Assembly (NCBI GenBank): GCA_951406725.2
Contig: OX597831.1
Span: forward strand, 61,628,001 to 61,692,000
From: Octopus vulgaris
Lineage: Eukaryota
Length of the DNA: 64,000 nucleotides
Direction of reading: 5' to 3'
This document shows positions 10,215 through 22,334 of this stretch, piece by piece. Position numbers and translations under genes: made by a program. Each line of letters opens with the position of its first letter. Positions within the stretch are counted from its first letter, which is position 1. Under the pieces are notes generated by a model. It saw only the letters and a program-made list of their open reading frames with translations. It did not search any database and was not told where the DNA came from.

Positions 10215-10816
10215 TACCTATTTCTTTACTACCCACAAGGGGCTAAACACAGAGGGGACAAACAAGGACAGACAAATGGATCAAGTCGATTATATCGACC
10301 CCAGTGCGTAACTGGTACTTAATTTCACGACGCCGAAAGGATGAAAGGCAAAGTTGACCTCGGCAGAATTTGAACTCAGAACGTAGCGGAAGACGAAATA
10401 CCTATTTCTTTACTACCCACAAGGGGCTAAACACAGAGGGGACAAACAAGGACAGACAAATGGATCAAGTCGATTATATCGACCCCAGTGCGTAACTGGT
10501 ACTTAATTTTACGACCCCGAAAGGATGAAAGGCTTAGTTGACCTAGGCAGAATTTGAACTCAGAACGTAGCGGAAGACGAAATACCTATTTCTTTACTAC
10601 CCACAAGGGGCTAAACACAGAGGGGACAAACAAAGACAGACAAACGGATTAAGTCGATTACATCGACCCCAGTGCGTAACTGGTACTTAATTTATCGACC
10701 CTGAAAGGATGAAAGGCAAAGTCGACCTCGGCGGAATTTGAACTCAGAACGTAATGGCAGACGAAATACAGCTATGCATTTCGCCTGGCGTGCTAACGTT
10801 TTTGTCAGCTCCTGCC
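10215..10816 (-). mobile_element. SINE family B tandem array (head + three units, 184-bp period)
   Basis: Unit ends at 10219, 10403 and 10587, with a single tRNA-like head at the right end. Central GCCTTTCATCCTTTCGGGGTCGATAAA (Meta-domain-like, from memory). Confidence 0.9.
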
Positions 10817-10822
10817 TATATA

Positions 10823-12701
10823 TGAGGGTGGGCTGAAAAGTTCATAGGCTGACAATGGAGGAGAGATGCTAGAGCTGCAAAACCTTACATGCATTAATTT
10901 CAGCCCTTATTATTAATAACTATGTTGTTTCTTTACAGGTAAACTGACATCTGACTGTTCAAAGAAGACTTCAAATCTAACCAGTAGCAACTTCGCTTGA
11001 AATTGGACAAAATTTGGCATGGTGGTGTTATCAAAAACCTGCTGAAAAATATAATACAAACAACATTAATGCTGATATGGTTGGTACATTATTGGATATC
11101 ACTCCAGCTTCAACAACAGTGCAAAAGTGGGAAGCTGCATTTAGGAAGCAGGAGGAAGAGTCTTGAAGATGACTCAAGATCTGGATGTCCTGAGACTGCC
11201 ACCACTTAGGAAAACATTGATCATGTTCCCTACAGGCAATTGATGATAAATCGAATAGTTATTAGCATATCCCATGAAAGTGTTGAGAATATTCTGCACA
11301 ACGAAGGTGGCATAATGTTCTGTTCATGTTTCTGTTCAGTGAGTGTCATATCTATTGACACCTGATCAAAAGTGTACCAGGCTGATCCCATTATGAGAAA
11401 ATCTGACGTTGTTCAAGGTAGATCCAGCTCATTTCCTTGTACATTTCCTAACCCTGGATGGGTGTTGGCTTAGAGACAATTCATGTGGTGAAAACACCCA
11501 TCCTCACCTGCTCCAAAGAAGGCCAAGGTCGTTCCACCTGCAGGAAAGGTGATGGCCTCAGTTTCTGAGGATGGAAAAGATATTGTATTTATTGACTATC
11601 TTCAAAAGGACCACACCAGCAATGGAGTGTATTGTACCAACTAGCAGCGGCAGTTATGAAAGTCTATCAAGACCAAATACCGAGGTAACTGATGAAAGGT
11701 ATCTTGTTTCATTAAAAGGCGGCGAGCTGGCAGACACGCTAGCACACCGGGCGAAATGCATAGCAGTATTTCGTCTGCCGCTGCGTTCTGAGTTCAAATC
11801 CCAGCAAGGTCGACTTTGCCTTTCATCCTTTCGGGGTCGATTAAATAAGTACCAGTTATGCACTGGTGTCGATATAATCGACTTAATACCTATGTCTGTC
11901 CTTGTTTGTCCCGTCTGTATTTAGCCCCTTGTAGGTAGTAAAGAAATAGGTATTTCGTCTGCCGCTACATTCTGAGTTCAAATTCCGCCAAGGTCAACTT
12001 TGCCTTTCATCCTTTTGGGGTCGATTAAATAGGTACCAGTTACACACTGGGGTCGATATAATCGACTTAATCCATTTATCTGTCCTTGTTTGTCCTCTCT
12101 GTGTTTAGCCCCTTGTGGGTAGTAAAGAAATAGGTATTTCGTCTGCCGCTACATTCTGAGTTCAAATTCCGCCAAGGTCGACTTTGCCTTTCATCCTTTT
12201 GGGGTCGATTAAATAGGTACCAGTTACGCACTGGGGTCGATATAATCGACTTAATCCATTTGTCTGTCCTTGTTTGTCCTCTCTGTGTTTAGCCCCTTGT
12301 GGGTAGTAAAGAAATAGGTATCTTGTTTCATTAGGACACTGCTCCAGCACACAAGTCCTTGATTTCAATGACTGTTGTGCATGATTGTGGCTTTGAACTG
12401 GTTGATCAACCCCTACCCCACACCCACTTATTCTCTTAATCTGGCCCCATCTGATTATCATCTGTTCCCCAACTTGAAGAAACACTTGGCTGAGAACCGG
12501 TGTCACAGTGAGGATGACATCATAACTGCTGTTGATGACTTTTTTTACCAAAAGGATGAAAGGTTCTTCATTAATGGGGTCCGAGCATTGCAATATATGA
12601 ATGGAAGGAGTGTGTGAACCTCAAGGTGCAGCACTATACTGAAAAAATAAACTTCCATGAAAATATCTTTATCAGCCTAAGAATTTTTCAGCCAATCCTG
12701 G
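10823..12701 (+). mobile_element. Full-length decayed mariner (about 1.26 kb net) interrupted by a SINE array
   Basis: TA-flanked TIRs TGAGGGTGGGCTGAAAAGTTCATAGGCTGA / TCAGCCTAAGAATTTTTCAGCCAATCCTGG. Transposase remnants: SLEDDSRSGCP, *VSYLLTPDQK (WVPRLL motif), AGKVMAS, DTAPAH, YSLNLAPSDYHLFPNLK. Confidence 0.92.
11718..12315 (+). mobile_element. SINE family B tandem array (three units) inside the mariner
   Basis: Internal junctions at 11949 and 12133; 18-bp TSD AGGTATCTTGTTTCATTA (11697-11714 / 12316-12333). Confidence 0.92.
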
Positions 12702-12703
12702 TA

Positions 12704-13120
12704 GGCGCAGGAGTGGCTGTGTGGTAAGTAGCTTGCTTACCAACCACACGGTTCCGGGTTCAGTTCCACTGTGCAGCACCTTGGGAAAGTGTCTTCTACT
12801 ATGGCCTCGGGCCGACCAAAGCCTTGTGTGTGGATTTGGTAGACGGAAACTGAAAGAAGCCTGTCATATATATATATGTATATGTATATGTGTGTATATG
12901 TTTGTGTGTCTGTGTTTGTCCCCCCAACATCGCTTGACAACCGATGCTGGTATGTTTACATCCCTGTTACCTAGCAGTTCGGCAAAAGAGACCGATAGAA
13001 TAAGTACTAAGCTTACAAAGAAAAAGTCCTGGGGTTGATTTGCTCGATTAAAAGGCGGTGCTCCAGCATGGCCGCAGTCAAATGACTGAAACAAGTAAAA
13101 GAGTAAAAGAGAAAGAGAGT
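12704..13120 (+). mobile_element. SINE family A, full length
   Basis: Runs from the GGCGCAGGAGTGGCTGTGTGG head to the GACTGAAACAAGTAAAAGAG tail. Confidence 0.92.
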
Positions 13121-14173
13121 ATATATATAAAAAAAATAATTCATATTTTTTTTCTAGCTCACAGAGAAAATACTCGAAATCAAGATGAAACAGTTTCTCA
13201 AAGAGATACTAACAAGCAACAGTTCTCTCACAAGTAGTTCCTTGTTCTATCTCTACTGGAAAAAAAAACCCCAACAAAAAACAGATGAAAAAAGAAAGAA
13301 AAAATAAGAAAAATAGAGGCATACGACAGAAGTATATTGTAAATGCAGTAGCTACTTTTCCTCTCTGCTGATCAAAATAAGCCTGATTTCTAATGTCATT
13401 TCAACATATTTTTAATGCAGATTTTCTCCAAGTAGAAATTTTCTTCAGAAAAATAGGACATGTCTAGTTAAAAATGAATAATAAATAAATAAATAAATAA
13501 ATAATAAACAAATAAATATAAAAAAAAAAACACATTTTCCTGTGGCGAATAGCTGTTGACTGACTTGCAAGTTCAAATGAAATGTAAAAATCACAAAGGA
13601 ATTGTTACTTTTTACCGCTACAGAATATTTTTTTTTGAAGTGATGGTTGTTTTTATATTTGAAAGAATGTTTCCAACACTACTTCTGCATCCAGTTGTGT
13701 GGACATGCACTTTTATGATTATTATTATGGAAATGAATTAAATCATATAAATTAGTTCACACGTGCACACACTCATACACACACACACACACACAAACAC
13801 ACATAAACACACACACACACACATTCATGTATGCATATTTACACATGTGTGTGCTCATACAAACATGCATGCAAACACTTGTAAGCTAATGATTTTTTGG
13901 GTTTTTTTTTTGTTATTTCTATATCAGCTTTTTAACTGCTGGCAGAATACATTCACTTAAAATTCTAAATTGTTGTAAAACTAATATATTTAATACCACT
14001 GAAACTGTGTTAATCTAATTTGGCAATGTATTACATCAAGCATTTGAGAGTTTTGTCCTTTTTGATGTTTTTATTTCAAAACTGAGTTTCTTCGTCTCCC
14101 TCCAGTGTTGACAAACTATGCTAATAAAGGAACCTCTGTACCACTGTTTAACCTACTAGAATTAGCAGTCAAA

Positions 14174-14805
14174 GGCAGCAAGCTGGCAGAAACGTTAGCA
14201 CGCTGGGTGAAATGCTTAGCAGTATTTCGTCTGCCGCTACGTTCAAAGTTCAAATTCCGCCAAGGTCGACTTTTCCTTTCATCCTTTCAGGGATGATTAA
14301 ATGAGTACCAGTTATGCATTGAGGTCGATGTAATCGACTTAATCCATTTGTCTGTCCTTGTCTGTCCCTTCTGCATTTAGCCCCTTGTGGGTAGTAAAGA
14401 AATAGGTATTTCGTCTGCTGCTACATTCTGAGTTCAAATTCCACTGAGGTTGATTTTGCCTTTCATCCTTTTGGGGTTGATAAATTAAGTACCAGTTACG
14501 CACTGGGGTCGATATAATCGACTTAATCCGCTTGTCTGTCCTTGTTTGTTCTGTCTGTGTGTAGCCTCTTGTGGGCAGTAAAGAAATAAGAAACGTTAGC
14601 ACGTCAGGTAAAATGCTTAGTGGTATTTCGTCTGTCTTTACGTTCTGAGTTCAAATTCTGCCGAGGTCGACTTTGCTTCTCATCTTTTCGTGGTCGATAA
14701 ATTAAGTACCAGTTATGCACTGGGGTTGATGTAACTACCTTAATTCCTTTGTCTGTCCTTGTTTGTCCCCTCTATGTTTAGCCCCTTGTGGGAAATAAAG
14801 AAATA
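14174..14805 (+). mobile_element. SINE family B tandem array (three units)
   Basis: 16-bp TSD AGAATTAGCAGTCAAA (14158-14173 / 14806-14821). Confidence 0.92.
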
Positions 14806-15084
14806 AGAATTAGCAGTCAAATTTCACTCTCAAATCACACTAAATAAATAAATGAAAAATAGAAAATTGAAAAATATGGAGAATATCTTGGAAATCTAGT
14901 CAAAGAATATGCAAACACACATTTCGTAATGTTGTCTTAGACACATATAGTGAAAATATGCGATGGTCACAGCTGGAATACCTCTGATTTTAAGTCAGTT
15001 TAATCAGGGCTGACTTGGGTGCAACAACTGTGTGTCAATGTGTGGTAAGAAGTTTGATTCCCAGCAACATTGTTCTGGGTTCTT

Positions 15085-15230
15085 TAACAGGGCTCAAAAA
15101 ATACTGAAGGACCACTGCAATAAGTGTGTAAATCTGAGAGGGGAATTTGTTGAATAAATTCAAAACTGAATAAAATCAGTTTCTTTCAGATTGGTTATTC
15201 TGTGTTGATGGGTTTAATGAATTGAGAAGG
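15085..15230 (+). mobile_element. Mariner 3' fragment
   Basis: LKDHCNKCVNLRGEFVE* resembles the mariner transposase C-terminus (RW.KC...GDYVEK). Confidence 0.5.
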
Positions 15231-15989
15231 CCAATTGTTGTTTTAAAAAAGGTGGGAATTAACTTTATAATGAAAAATTTGTGGAGGATATGGATTTTGT
15301 TGCATCTTCAGTTCTTTACATTTTCTTTGTAGGTTAGAAATAGATTCCTTTCTCTGATGGTAAGAAATTGAAGAAATAGAACCAAGAATAGATATGAATG
15401 AAAGAATGAATGAATGGATGTATGGCTGCATGCATGCATGAATATATATAGTTATATATCCAGTAAAGATTGGCTAAGGCAGTATTTCAATTGAGCTGGT
15501 GTATATATAATAGAATAAAGGTATAAATAAGCAAACATCTGGTACCAGGTCAGATTATGACATTTATATATTTAAACATTGACAAAACTTGAGGGTGGAA
15601 ATGAATGTGACAAGAATTTAGATTACTAAAGGTCAATAAAAGATCTGTTGAGGAATGTTCATAATGGTTGTGATATAGGATGATATTCTCTTGGAACAGT
15701 TCTGATTCTACAATGGCCAGATTTATCTACTGATACCATACTTTAGCCTTACAATGCTTGACATAAATCCACCCACCTCCACCTTTCCCATTCAAATAAT
15801 CCTCTCTTAGTAATGGGGGCTTTTTGCTTTTCTCTTGTATATTTATTTATATATATATTTTTTTTTGGCTTTCAAGTTTATATGACAACCTCACTAACAC
15901 CAGTCGCACAAAAAAAGTACCCAGTCACTGTCAAATGGGTGGTGTTAGAAGGGACATCCAGCCACAGTAATCATGCCAAATATCAGACT

Positions 15990-16265
15990 AGAGTTAAAAA
16001 GATGAAAGCTTGCTTGTTACAGTTACATACACCACTAAAAGGCCCTGTCCAAAACCATCATTCAGGGCACAGTTGAGGTAGGGTGAAAGAGAATACAACA
16101 GCAAAAATCTTGATCTGATGGCATCAAGGACTGGAGAGGTCATAATACCCAACCCTACTCTACATGACAGAGAACAGAAATGCGTGGGGATGGCTGACTG
16201 CAAAAACATCAAGAGTAGCACCCCCCAATAACTGGCCGCATCAGTTAAGGGACCTTGATGATGTC
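15990..16265 (+). mobile_element. RTE LINE 3' end
   Basis: ALSKTIIQGTVEVG*KR...DGIKDW...LLYMTENRNAW, then a GAT-repeat tail. Matches the RTE pattern LQGTVEG.RRRGRQRK.W.DNIKEW. Confidence 0.8.
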
Positions 16266-16333
16266 AGGCAGACAGCTATTCACATACATACATATATGTG
16301 TGTGTATTCCTACATGTGTGTGCTTGTGTGTGT

Positions 16334-16337
<4 letters not shown>

Positions 16338-16393
<56 letters not shown>
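16338..16393 (+). repeat. (TG)n microsatellite
   Basis: Direct reading of the sequence. Confidence 0.95.
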
Positions 16394-16394
<1 letters not shown>

Positions 16395-17560
16395 TTTTCA
16401 TTGATGTTGCTTGATTGACACTGTTTGGTCAATGGTGATACTCATATATGGCCTGGAGTTACTTCAGCTTTTCAGTTGCAACAATCAGCAATAAGGAATG
16501 TTATGAGAGGAAGCCGACCATAGTACATTACTTCAAGGAGTCTCAACCAATCCATACAAGCAAGGAGAAAGCAATTTCTAAAATAATGACGATTTTTACT
16601 TTATACAGAGAATAGAATGTCACTTTCTAAAGGTGACTTTCCAAATTGCATATAATTGTTTCCACTATTTAAGAGACCATAAACTTAGATGGAATAGATC
16701 TAATTTTGGAGTAACCAGATATTGAACATAATGCGAGTTTATATTTATTATTCAGTAGATATAATCTGCTTAATTTAAGCAGTCTTATGCTTGCAAATGC
16801 AATGGATCTAAAACTCAAGTGCACTCTAGATATACAACTCTGATAAGAAATAATTCTCTCAAGGTTGGTTATGGTGGATACAGTGTGACAGTTAGCAACA
16901 TTGTGATATGATTCTTAAGAAGGAATTACATTGAATGCACTTGTTTAATAATCTCTTGGTATTTGTTGCTGCTATAGAGCTGTTTTCTCTCACTCATCTT
17001 CACATGATAGTCTTCCACCTTAATAGCAAATATACTGTAAACATTTCTTTGTCAGATTTATACAACCATTTCTATTTCTGAAATCCTATTAAGTATTAAT
17101 CTGTACACGGGCAGAATAGGACTGCCAATATTTGTCTTATAGGCATAGAAATGTGAATGGATGATGGTATATAAGAACAGCCGATGAGAACACAAGCAAG
17201 ATTCTTCAAATAATAACAGTTTCAGAAGAATATATTCAAATGTATGTGATATAGGCAATGTGATATAGTTCTTAGGTGGAAATCATATTGAATGTACTTG
17301 TCAATTAATCTCTGAGCATTCATTACTTTTAAAGATTAGTTCTCTTTCAGCTATGTTCCTATTTGAAAAAGAATGTCTAGCCCAAAATTCTCATTTTGGA
17401 TCTAAGTCTCTTACAGTTTTAGAAATATTCCTGTCCAAAAGTTTCAAATATTAAATAGATATATTAACATCTAGCAGCTAGTATCTGGTATATCAAATGC
17501 TATGATGTTCACATCATCTAGGGAGATGTTTATAGTACCATAGATCAGGATTATTATTAA

Positions 17561-17925
17561 CTAGCACTATGACCTGGCAATGCTGGGTCATAGTGCTAGT
17601 GCATGCATATACAGCTGTGTGCATACACACATACACGCGAGTACTGTCCAAATCTCCAGCCAATCCCATACAGCTAGCTGGCATTCAATTGGCGTATCAA
17701 GTTTTGGGCATTTTGATTGGGTTTTGGACAGAAAATTCACAAAAAAGTCACTTCTATTGATTTTTAATGACTTTGCGGGGTGACTGGGGAAATGTAAAGA
17801 TGTGCACGACCACTCTTGGACGGTTTTAAATAACCATAGAAAGTGCGAGCCCTCTAACTGAAAAATTGTGGATTTGTATAAAGGACACACACACAGACAT
17901 TTTGCCGTTTTTATATATATAGAGA
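17561..17925 (-). mobile_element. Non-autonomous Helitron
   Basis: On the minus strand it begins A|TCTCTATATATATAAAA and ends in the hairpin CTAGCACTATGACC...GGTCATAGTGCTAG|T. Inserted between A and T with no TSD. Confidence 0.85.
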
Positions 17926-18158
17926 TATCTTTATTACACATAATTTGGGAAATAAATGGAGAATTTCTTTATCTTACTTCCAAAATGTTTAGGTACTTCT
18001 TTAGGGAATAATGTTCAAGGGTACCAAATGCTGCTTTGATTGTTGAAGGGAATTGTTATAATTTTGTGCAAAAGGAACAACGATGTGTATTTTGTATTGT
18101 TGCTTATGGATTGGTTGGGATTCACAAATATCATAACCACAGGAAGCTGTGCCAAGGC

Positions 18159-18236
18159 TGGAACAATACAGAGAAGATTAAAATGGCCCCTGCGCATGGA
18201 TGACACACAAATTCGTGAAGCACTACATATTTTTTT
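18159..18236 (+). pseudogene. U6: U6 snRNA retrocopy, 5'-truncated
   Basis: TGGAACAATACAGAGAAGATTAAAATGGCCCCTGCGCATGGATGACACACAAATTCGTGAAGCACTACATATTTTTTT matches the U6 3' three-quarters, including the ACAGAGA box. The catalytic AGC triad is mutated to AAA. Confidence 0.93.
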
Positions 18237-18239
18237 ATA

Positions 18240-18612
18240 GGCGCTGGAGTAGCTTGCTTACCAACCGCATGGTTCCAGGTTCAATCCCACTGCATGTCAA
18301 CTTGGGCAAGTGTCTTCTACTATAGCCGTGGGACAACCAAAACCTTGTGAGTGGGTTTGGTAGATGGAAACTGAAAGAAGCCCGTCGTATATATGTATGT
18401 GTATATATATGTATGTGTGTGTTTTTATGTCTGTGTTTGTCCCCCCAACATCTCTTGACAACCAATGCTGGTGTGTTTACGTCCCTGTAACTTCGCGGTT
18501 CGGCAAAAGAATAAGTACTAGGCTTACAAGGAATAATTCCTGGGGTCGATTTGCTCGACTAAAGGTGGTATTCCTGCAAGGCTGCAGTCAAATGACTGAA
18601 ACAAGTAAAAAA
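18240..18612 (+). mobile_element. SINE family A directly downstream of the U6 copy
   Basis: Head (with a small deletion), core and tail as in the other family A copies. Confidence 0.9.
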
Positions 18613-19490
18613 GTATGGGCTTTTGCATGTCTTTAAGAGTGTATTTCTTGCATTCACATCTTTATTTTGCCCCATGATAACTTAGTTTCTTTATGGAAAG
18701 AAACATGACAGAAGGTTTTATGAAGATGTCGTGACCATAAAGGGAAGGTAATAAGGCAACTTGGAAACTTCCATAGTGGTAGCCTAGATACAGTATCTGG
18801 TAAGGAAAACTGAAGAGTGCATGAAAGAAAAATGTGGTCTTCAAACACTTTTAATTTTTACTGTGTTCCATATTTTCTGACTTTGTCAAACATTTAATGT
18901 GTTAAATACATTTAGTCGGAAATTTTTGAACAAATTAAGGATAAAATTTCAAGTTTGTCAATAATTTTACTTGTCAAATACATTTATTTGAAAAATTCCC
19001 AGTAAATTAAGCATGAAATTGATTTATTTTCTATCATCATAGCAATAAAAATGAAAGCAGCACATAGCTCTAGGTGAATGTTACATTATGTGAAGACTAA
19101 ATAGAAACTAAAAAGAATTCCCCCAAATATTGATGTTTTGCAGAAATGAAAATAGTGTTTAGTATCAAAAATACATATGGGCAGCATAAACATGTAGATG
19201 AACAAAACATGTTACCCAGTATTATTAATATATTGTTATGTTATTAATATACTTTGTTATAGCAAATGTATAATAATACCACTAGGTATAATAATATCTA
19301 TCTTGGCACAGGAGGGGCTGTGTGGTAATTATCTTGCTTACGGACCACATGGTTCTGGGTTCAGTCCCACTGCGTGGCACATTGGACAAGTGTCTTCTAC
19401 TATAGCCTCGGGCTGACCAAAACCTTGTGAGTGAATTTGGTAGAAGGAAACTGAAAGAAGCCCGTCGTATATGTATATATATATATATAT

Positions 19491-19846
19491 ATTAATACAC
19501 AACTATAAGAGAGAATCCACTATGTGGACGCTCTTATGCTAGATATAGATCCGCAAAGGGAATCCACCACTAAGAATTGTTCTCAAGAAATAATTCAACA
19601 CATCAAGAACGTAAGCGAGCAGGACTGGTGTGTTGAATTATTTCTTGAGAACAATTCTTAGTGGTGGATTACCTTTGAGGATCTATATCTAGCGTAAGAG
19701 CGTCCACATAGTGGATTCTCTCTTATAGTTGTGTATTAATAATATTTACTGAATCTCAGTCTTTTATATGCTAGGCCACTTGGTGTTTAAATTGGTGTTA
19801 TTAAATTAACATCCAATGTTTTCACCCTTATTTTGACTTTAATTGT
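19491..19846. mobile_element. Fold-back element (probable PLE pseudo-LTR) in (TA)n
   Basis: 112-bp inverted arms at 19491-19602 / 19629-19740 with a 26-nt spacer and a one-sided extension to 19846; (TA)n on both sides. Confidence 0.75.
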
Positions 19847-19864
19847 ATATATATATATATATAT

Positions 19865-20173
19865 GGGGGGCACAATGGCACAGTGGTTAGGGCAGTGGAC
19901 TCGCGGTTGTAGGATCGTGGTTTTGATTCCCAGACCGAGCGTTGTGAGTGTTTAGTGAGCAAAAACACTTAAACCTCAACAAGGCTCCAGCAGGGGGTGG
20001 TGGTGATCCCTGCTGTACTCTTTCACCACAACTTTCTCTCACACTTTCTTCTGTTGGCCTGCTTGCTTAGCCAGTGAGGTGGCGTCATTTGAAGGCTAAA
20101 AAACAATGCGAAGCGCATTGTGACCAGCGATTTGTAGCAACATCTGATAGCCTGGTCGGTGACAGTGATCACG

Positions 20174-20176
<3 letters not shown>
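19865..20176 (+). mobile_element. SINE family E ((TA)n-associated tail)
   Basis: tRNA head and body shared with families D/F; tail GCATTGTGACCAGCGAT...GTGATCACGGTGA(TA)n. Confidence 0.85.
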
Positions 20177-20224
<48 letters not shown>

Positions 20225-20459
20225 CTGTGTGTCTGCATTTGTTCCCCCAACATCGCGGTTCGGTGAAAGAGATCGATAGAATAAGTACTAGGCTTACAAA
20301 GAATAAGTCCTGGAGTCAATTTGCTCGACTAAAGCGGTGCTCCAGCATGGCCACAGTCAAATGGCTGAAACAAGTAAAAGAGAATAGAAGAGGTAATACA
20401 TTTTTGTTATGAAAAATGATGTAAGGTTTATTTAGATAACTAGTAGTCTATTTGTATTT

Positions 20460-20800
20460 TAAATTTCAATCATATCAAAGGGAAATGGAATTTAATTTAA
20501 TTAAAAACATTCAATCAAAAATTACATTCCAGTGGTCCAATGTGTAAAAAATAATTTTAGTCAAAAAGACTATATATTAGTCATACGATATAGTGTATAT
20601 TTAAATACATAGAGAATGCACTTATAGGGATTCTATGCACTAGAAAGAATAGCTAAGTTCTATAACCACAAAAAATTGGGGATAAGATTCGACAGGAATA
20701 AATTTAAAAATTAAAAACATTTATCGTCTAGATTCCTTTTCTAGCACGTAGAATCTCTATAAGTGGATTCTCTATGTATTTAAATATACTATATTGTATT
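20460..20800. mobile_element. Fold-back element, same family as 7370-7614
   Basis: Shares AGTCAAAAAGACTATATATTAGTCATACGATATAGTGTATATTTAAA. Inverted arms at about 20583-20650 / 20737-20800. Confidence 0.7.
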
Positions 20801-20997
20801 TTAAAGTTTTTGGTATTTTCATGTTTTATTAAATTCCTCCAAACATTTCCTTAGGTATCATTATTATGTCATTTCCTATGCATTTTATCTTAAGAAAGGA
20901 GACTTATTTGAAGAGCAGTAAGATTAGTCGTAATATTGAGTTTAACCTAAGGTGAAGTAGAATATATATTGTATTGCTAAAGAGTGGAATCTAGGAA

Positions 20998-21593
20998 GGC
21001 GGTGAGCTGGCAAAAGCGTTAGCACACCTGGCGAAATGCTTAGCAGTATTTTGTCTGTGGCTATGTTCTGAGTTCAAATTCCGCCGAGGTCGACTTTGCC
21101 TTTCATCCTTTTGGGGTCGATTAAATAAATACCAGCAATGCACTGGGGTCGATATAATCGACTTAATCCGTTTGTCTGTCCTTGTTTGTCCTCTCTGTTT
21201 AGCCCCTTGTGAGTAGTAAAGAAATAGGTATTTCATCTACCGCTACGTTCTGAGTTCAAATTCCGCCGAGGTCGACTTTGCCTTTCATCCTTTCACAGTC
21301 GATAAATTAAGTACCAGTTACACACTAGGGTCGATATAATCGACTTAATCCGTTTGTCTGTCCTTGTTTGTCCTCTCTGTGTTTAGCCCCTTGTGAGTAG
21401 TAAAGAAATAGGTATTTCATCTACCGCTACGTTCTGAGTTCAAATTCCGCCGAGGTCGACTTTGCCTTTCATCCTTTCGGGGTCGATAAATAAAGTACCA
21501 GTTATGCTCTGGGGTTGATGTAATCGACTTAATCCCTTTGACTGTCCTTGTTTGTCCTCTCTGTGTATAGCTTCTTGTGGGCAGTAAAGAAAT
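20998..21593 (+). mobile_element. SINE family B tandem array (three units)
   Basis: 17-bp TSD AAGAGTGGAAT(C/T)TAGGA (20980-20996 / 21594-21610). Confidence 0.92.
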
Positions 21594-22334
21594 AAGAGTG
21601 GAATTTAGGATGCCAACAACACTGTACTAGTAGGAGAATAATATGACTTCATAAAGTTAACCACAAAATAATGATAATTGAAAGGATATGCTTTCAAAGC
21701 AGTATTTATTTATGTTTGTTTATATTTATAGTACAAAATCTTTCAGTCATCTTTGCCTCTCATCCTTCTGGAGTTGATAAAATAATGTAACAGTGCTGGG
21801 GGTCAATTTAATATTTTTACAAGAGATTGTAAATACAAGTAGAATTTCAAAAGAATATTAAAACTATAACCAAATTAATTATTAACACCTTCTTTGAACA
21901 ATATTAGCAATGTGAATAAAAATGGTTCCTGCCTGGAACCTGAGATACTTAAAAAATTGTGAATAAGAGCACTTGTTGCTCTGCTCTATTTGACGTGCAA
22001 TGATTCTTTTCATAATATGTTTACAAGCAAGTTATTTTTTAATTAGTTTTCTTACTTTCTAACATAGTAAATTCTCAGAGGCTATGCATATAGTCTGCTG
22101 AAGATAGATTAATCACATTTCATATACCACATTTCTAGATTATGTTCAACTCAAAATCAATAGCAGTATTGAATGCTAATGAAAATAATTTTCTACCACA
22201 AAATATGATCCAACATATGGTTATTAAACTAACCAGATTTAGCAGCCAAATATAGGCTGGAGAAAAAACCTGGGTTTTTGTTCAAATGCTTTCAGCAGAG
22301 TAAATGTCACTAAATTAACCTGAAATAGCTTTAT

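Larger units (their letters stand above)
16600..18845 (-). pseudogene. Decayed intronless leucine-rich-repeat gene (Toll-like receptor ectodomain-type), interrupted by a Helitron and the U6-SINE
   Basis: Minus-strand remnants: hydrophobic N-terminus; LRR-NT cap CECKKY..TCKSPYLAQLP (rejoined across the 18157-18612 insertion); NNTKYTSLFLLHKIITI, RELIFKSNECSEI, KNYITLPISHTF, RLILNRISEI, KQLYSSNKYQEI, PTLRELFL, LSRLYLLNNK. Many stops and frameshifts. Confidence 0.5.
19305..20390 (+). mobile_element. SINE family A split by nested insertions in its (TA)n
   Basis: Head half at 19305-19470, tail half at 20215-20390. Confidence 0.88.

Noticed and set aside
10215-14805. Regular 184-bp repeats as a CRISPR array or retrozyme
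   Set aside because: There are no unique spacers and no CUGANGA/GAAA core on either strand. Each array has a tRNA head and most have TSDs, so they are SINE multimers.
18159-18236. Functional U6 gene
   Set aside because: The 5' stem-loop is missing, the AGC triad is mutated, and no PSE/TATA is recognisable upstream.
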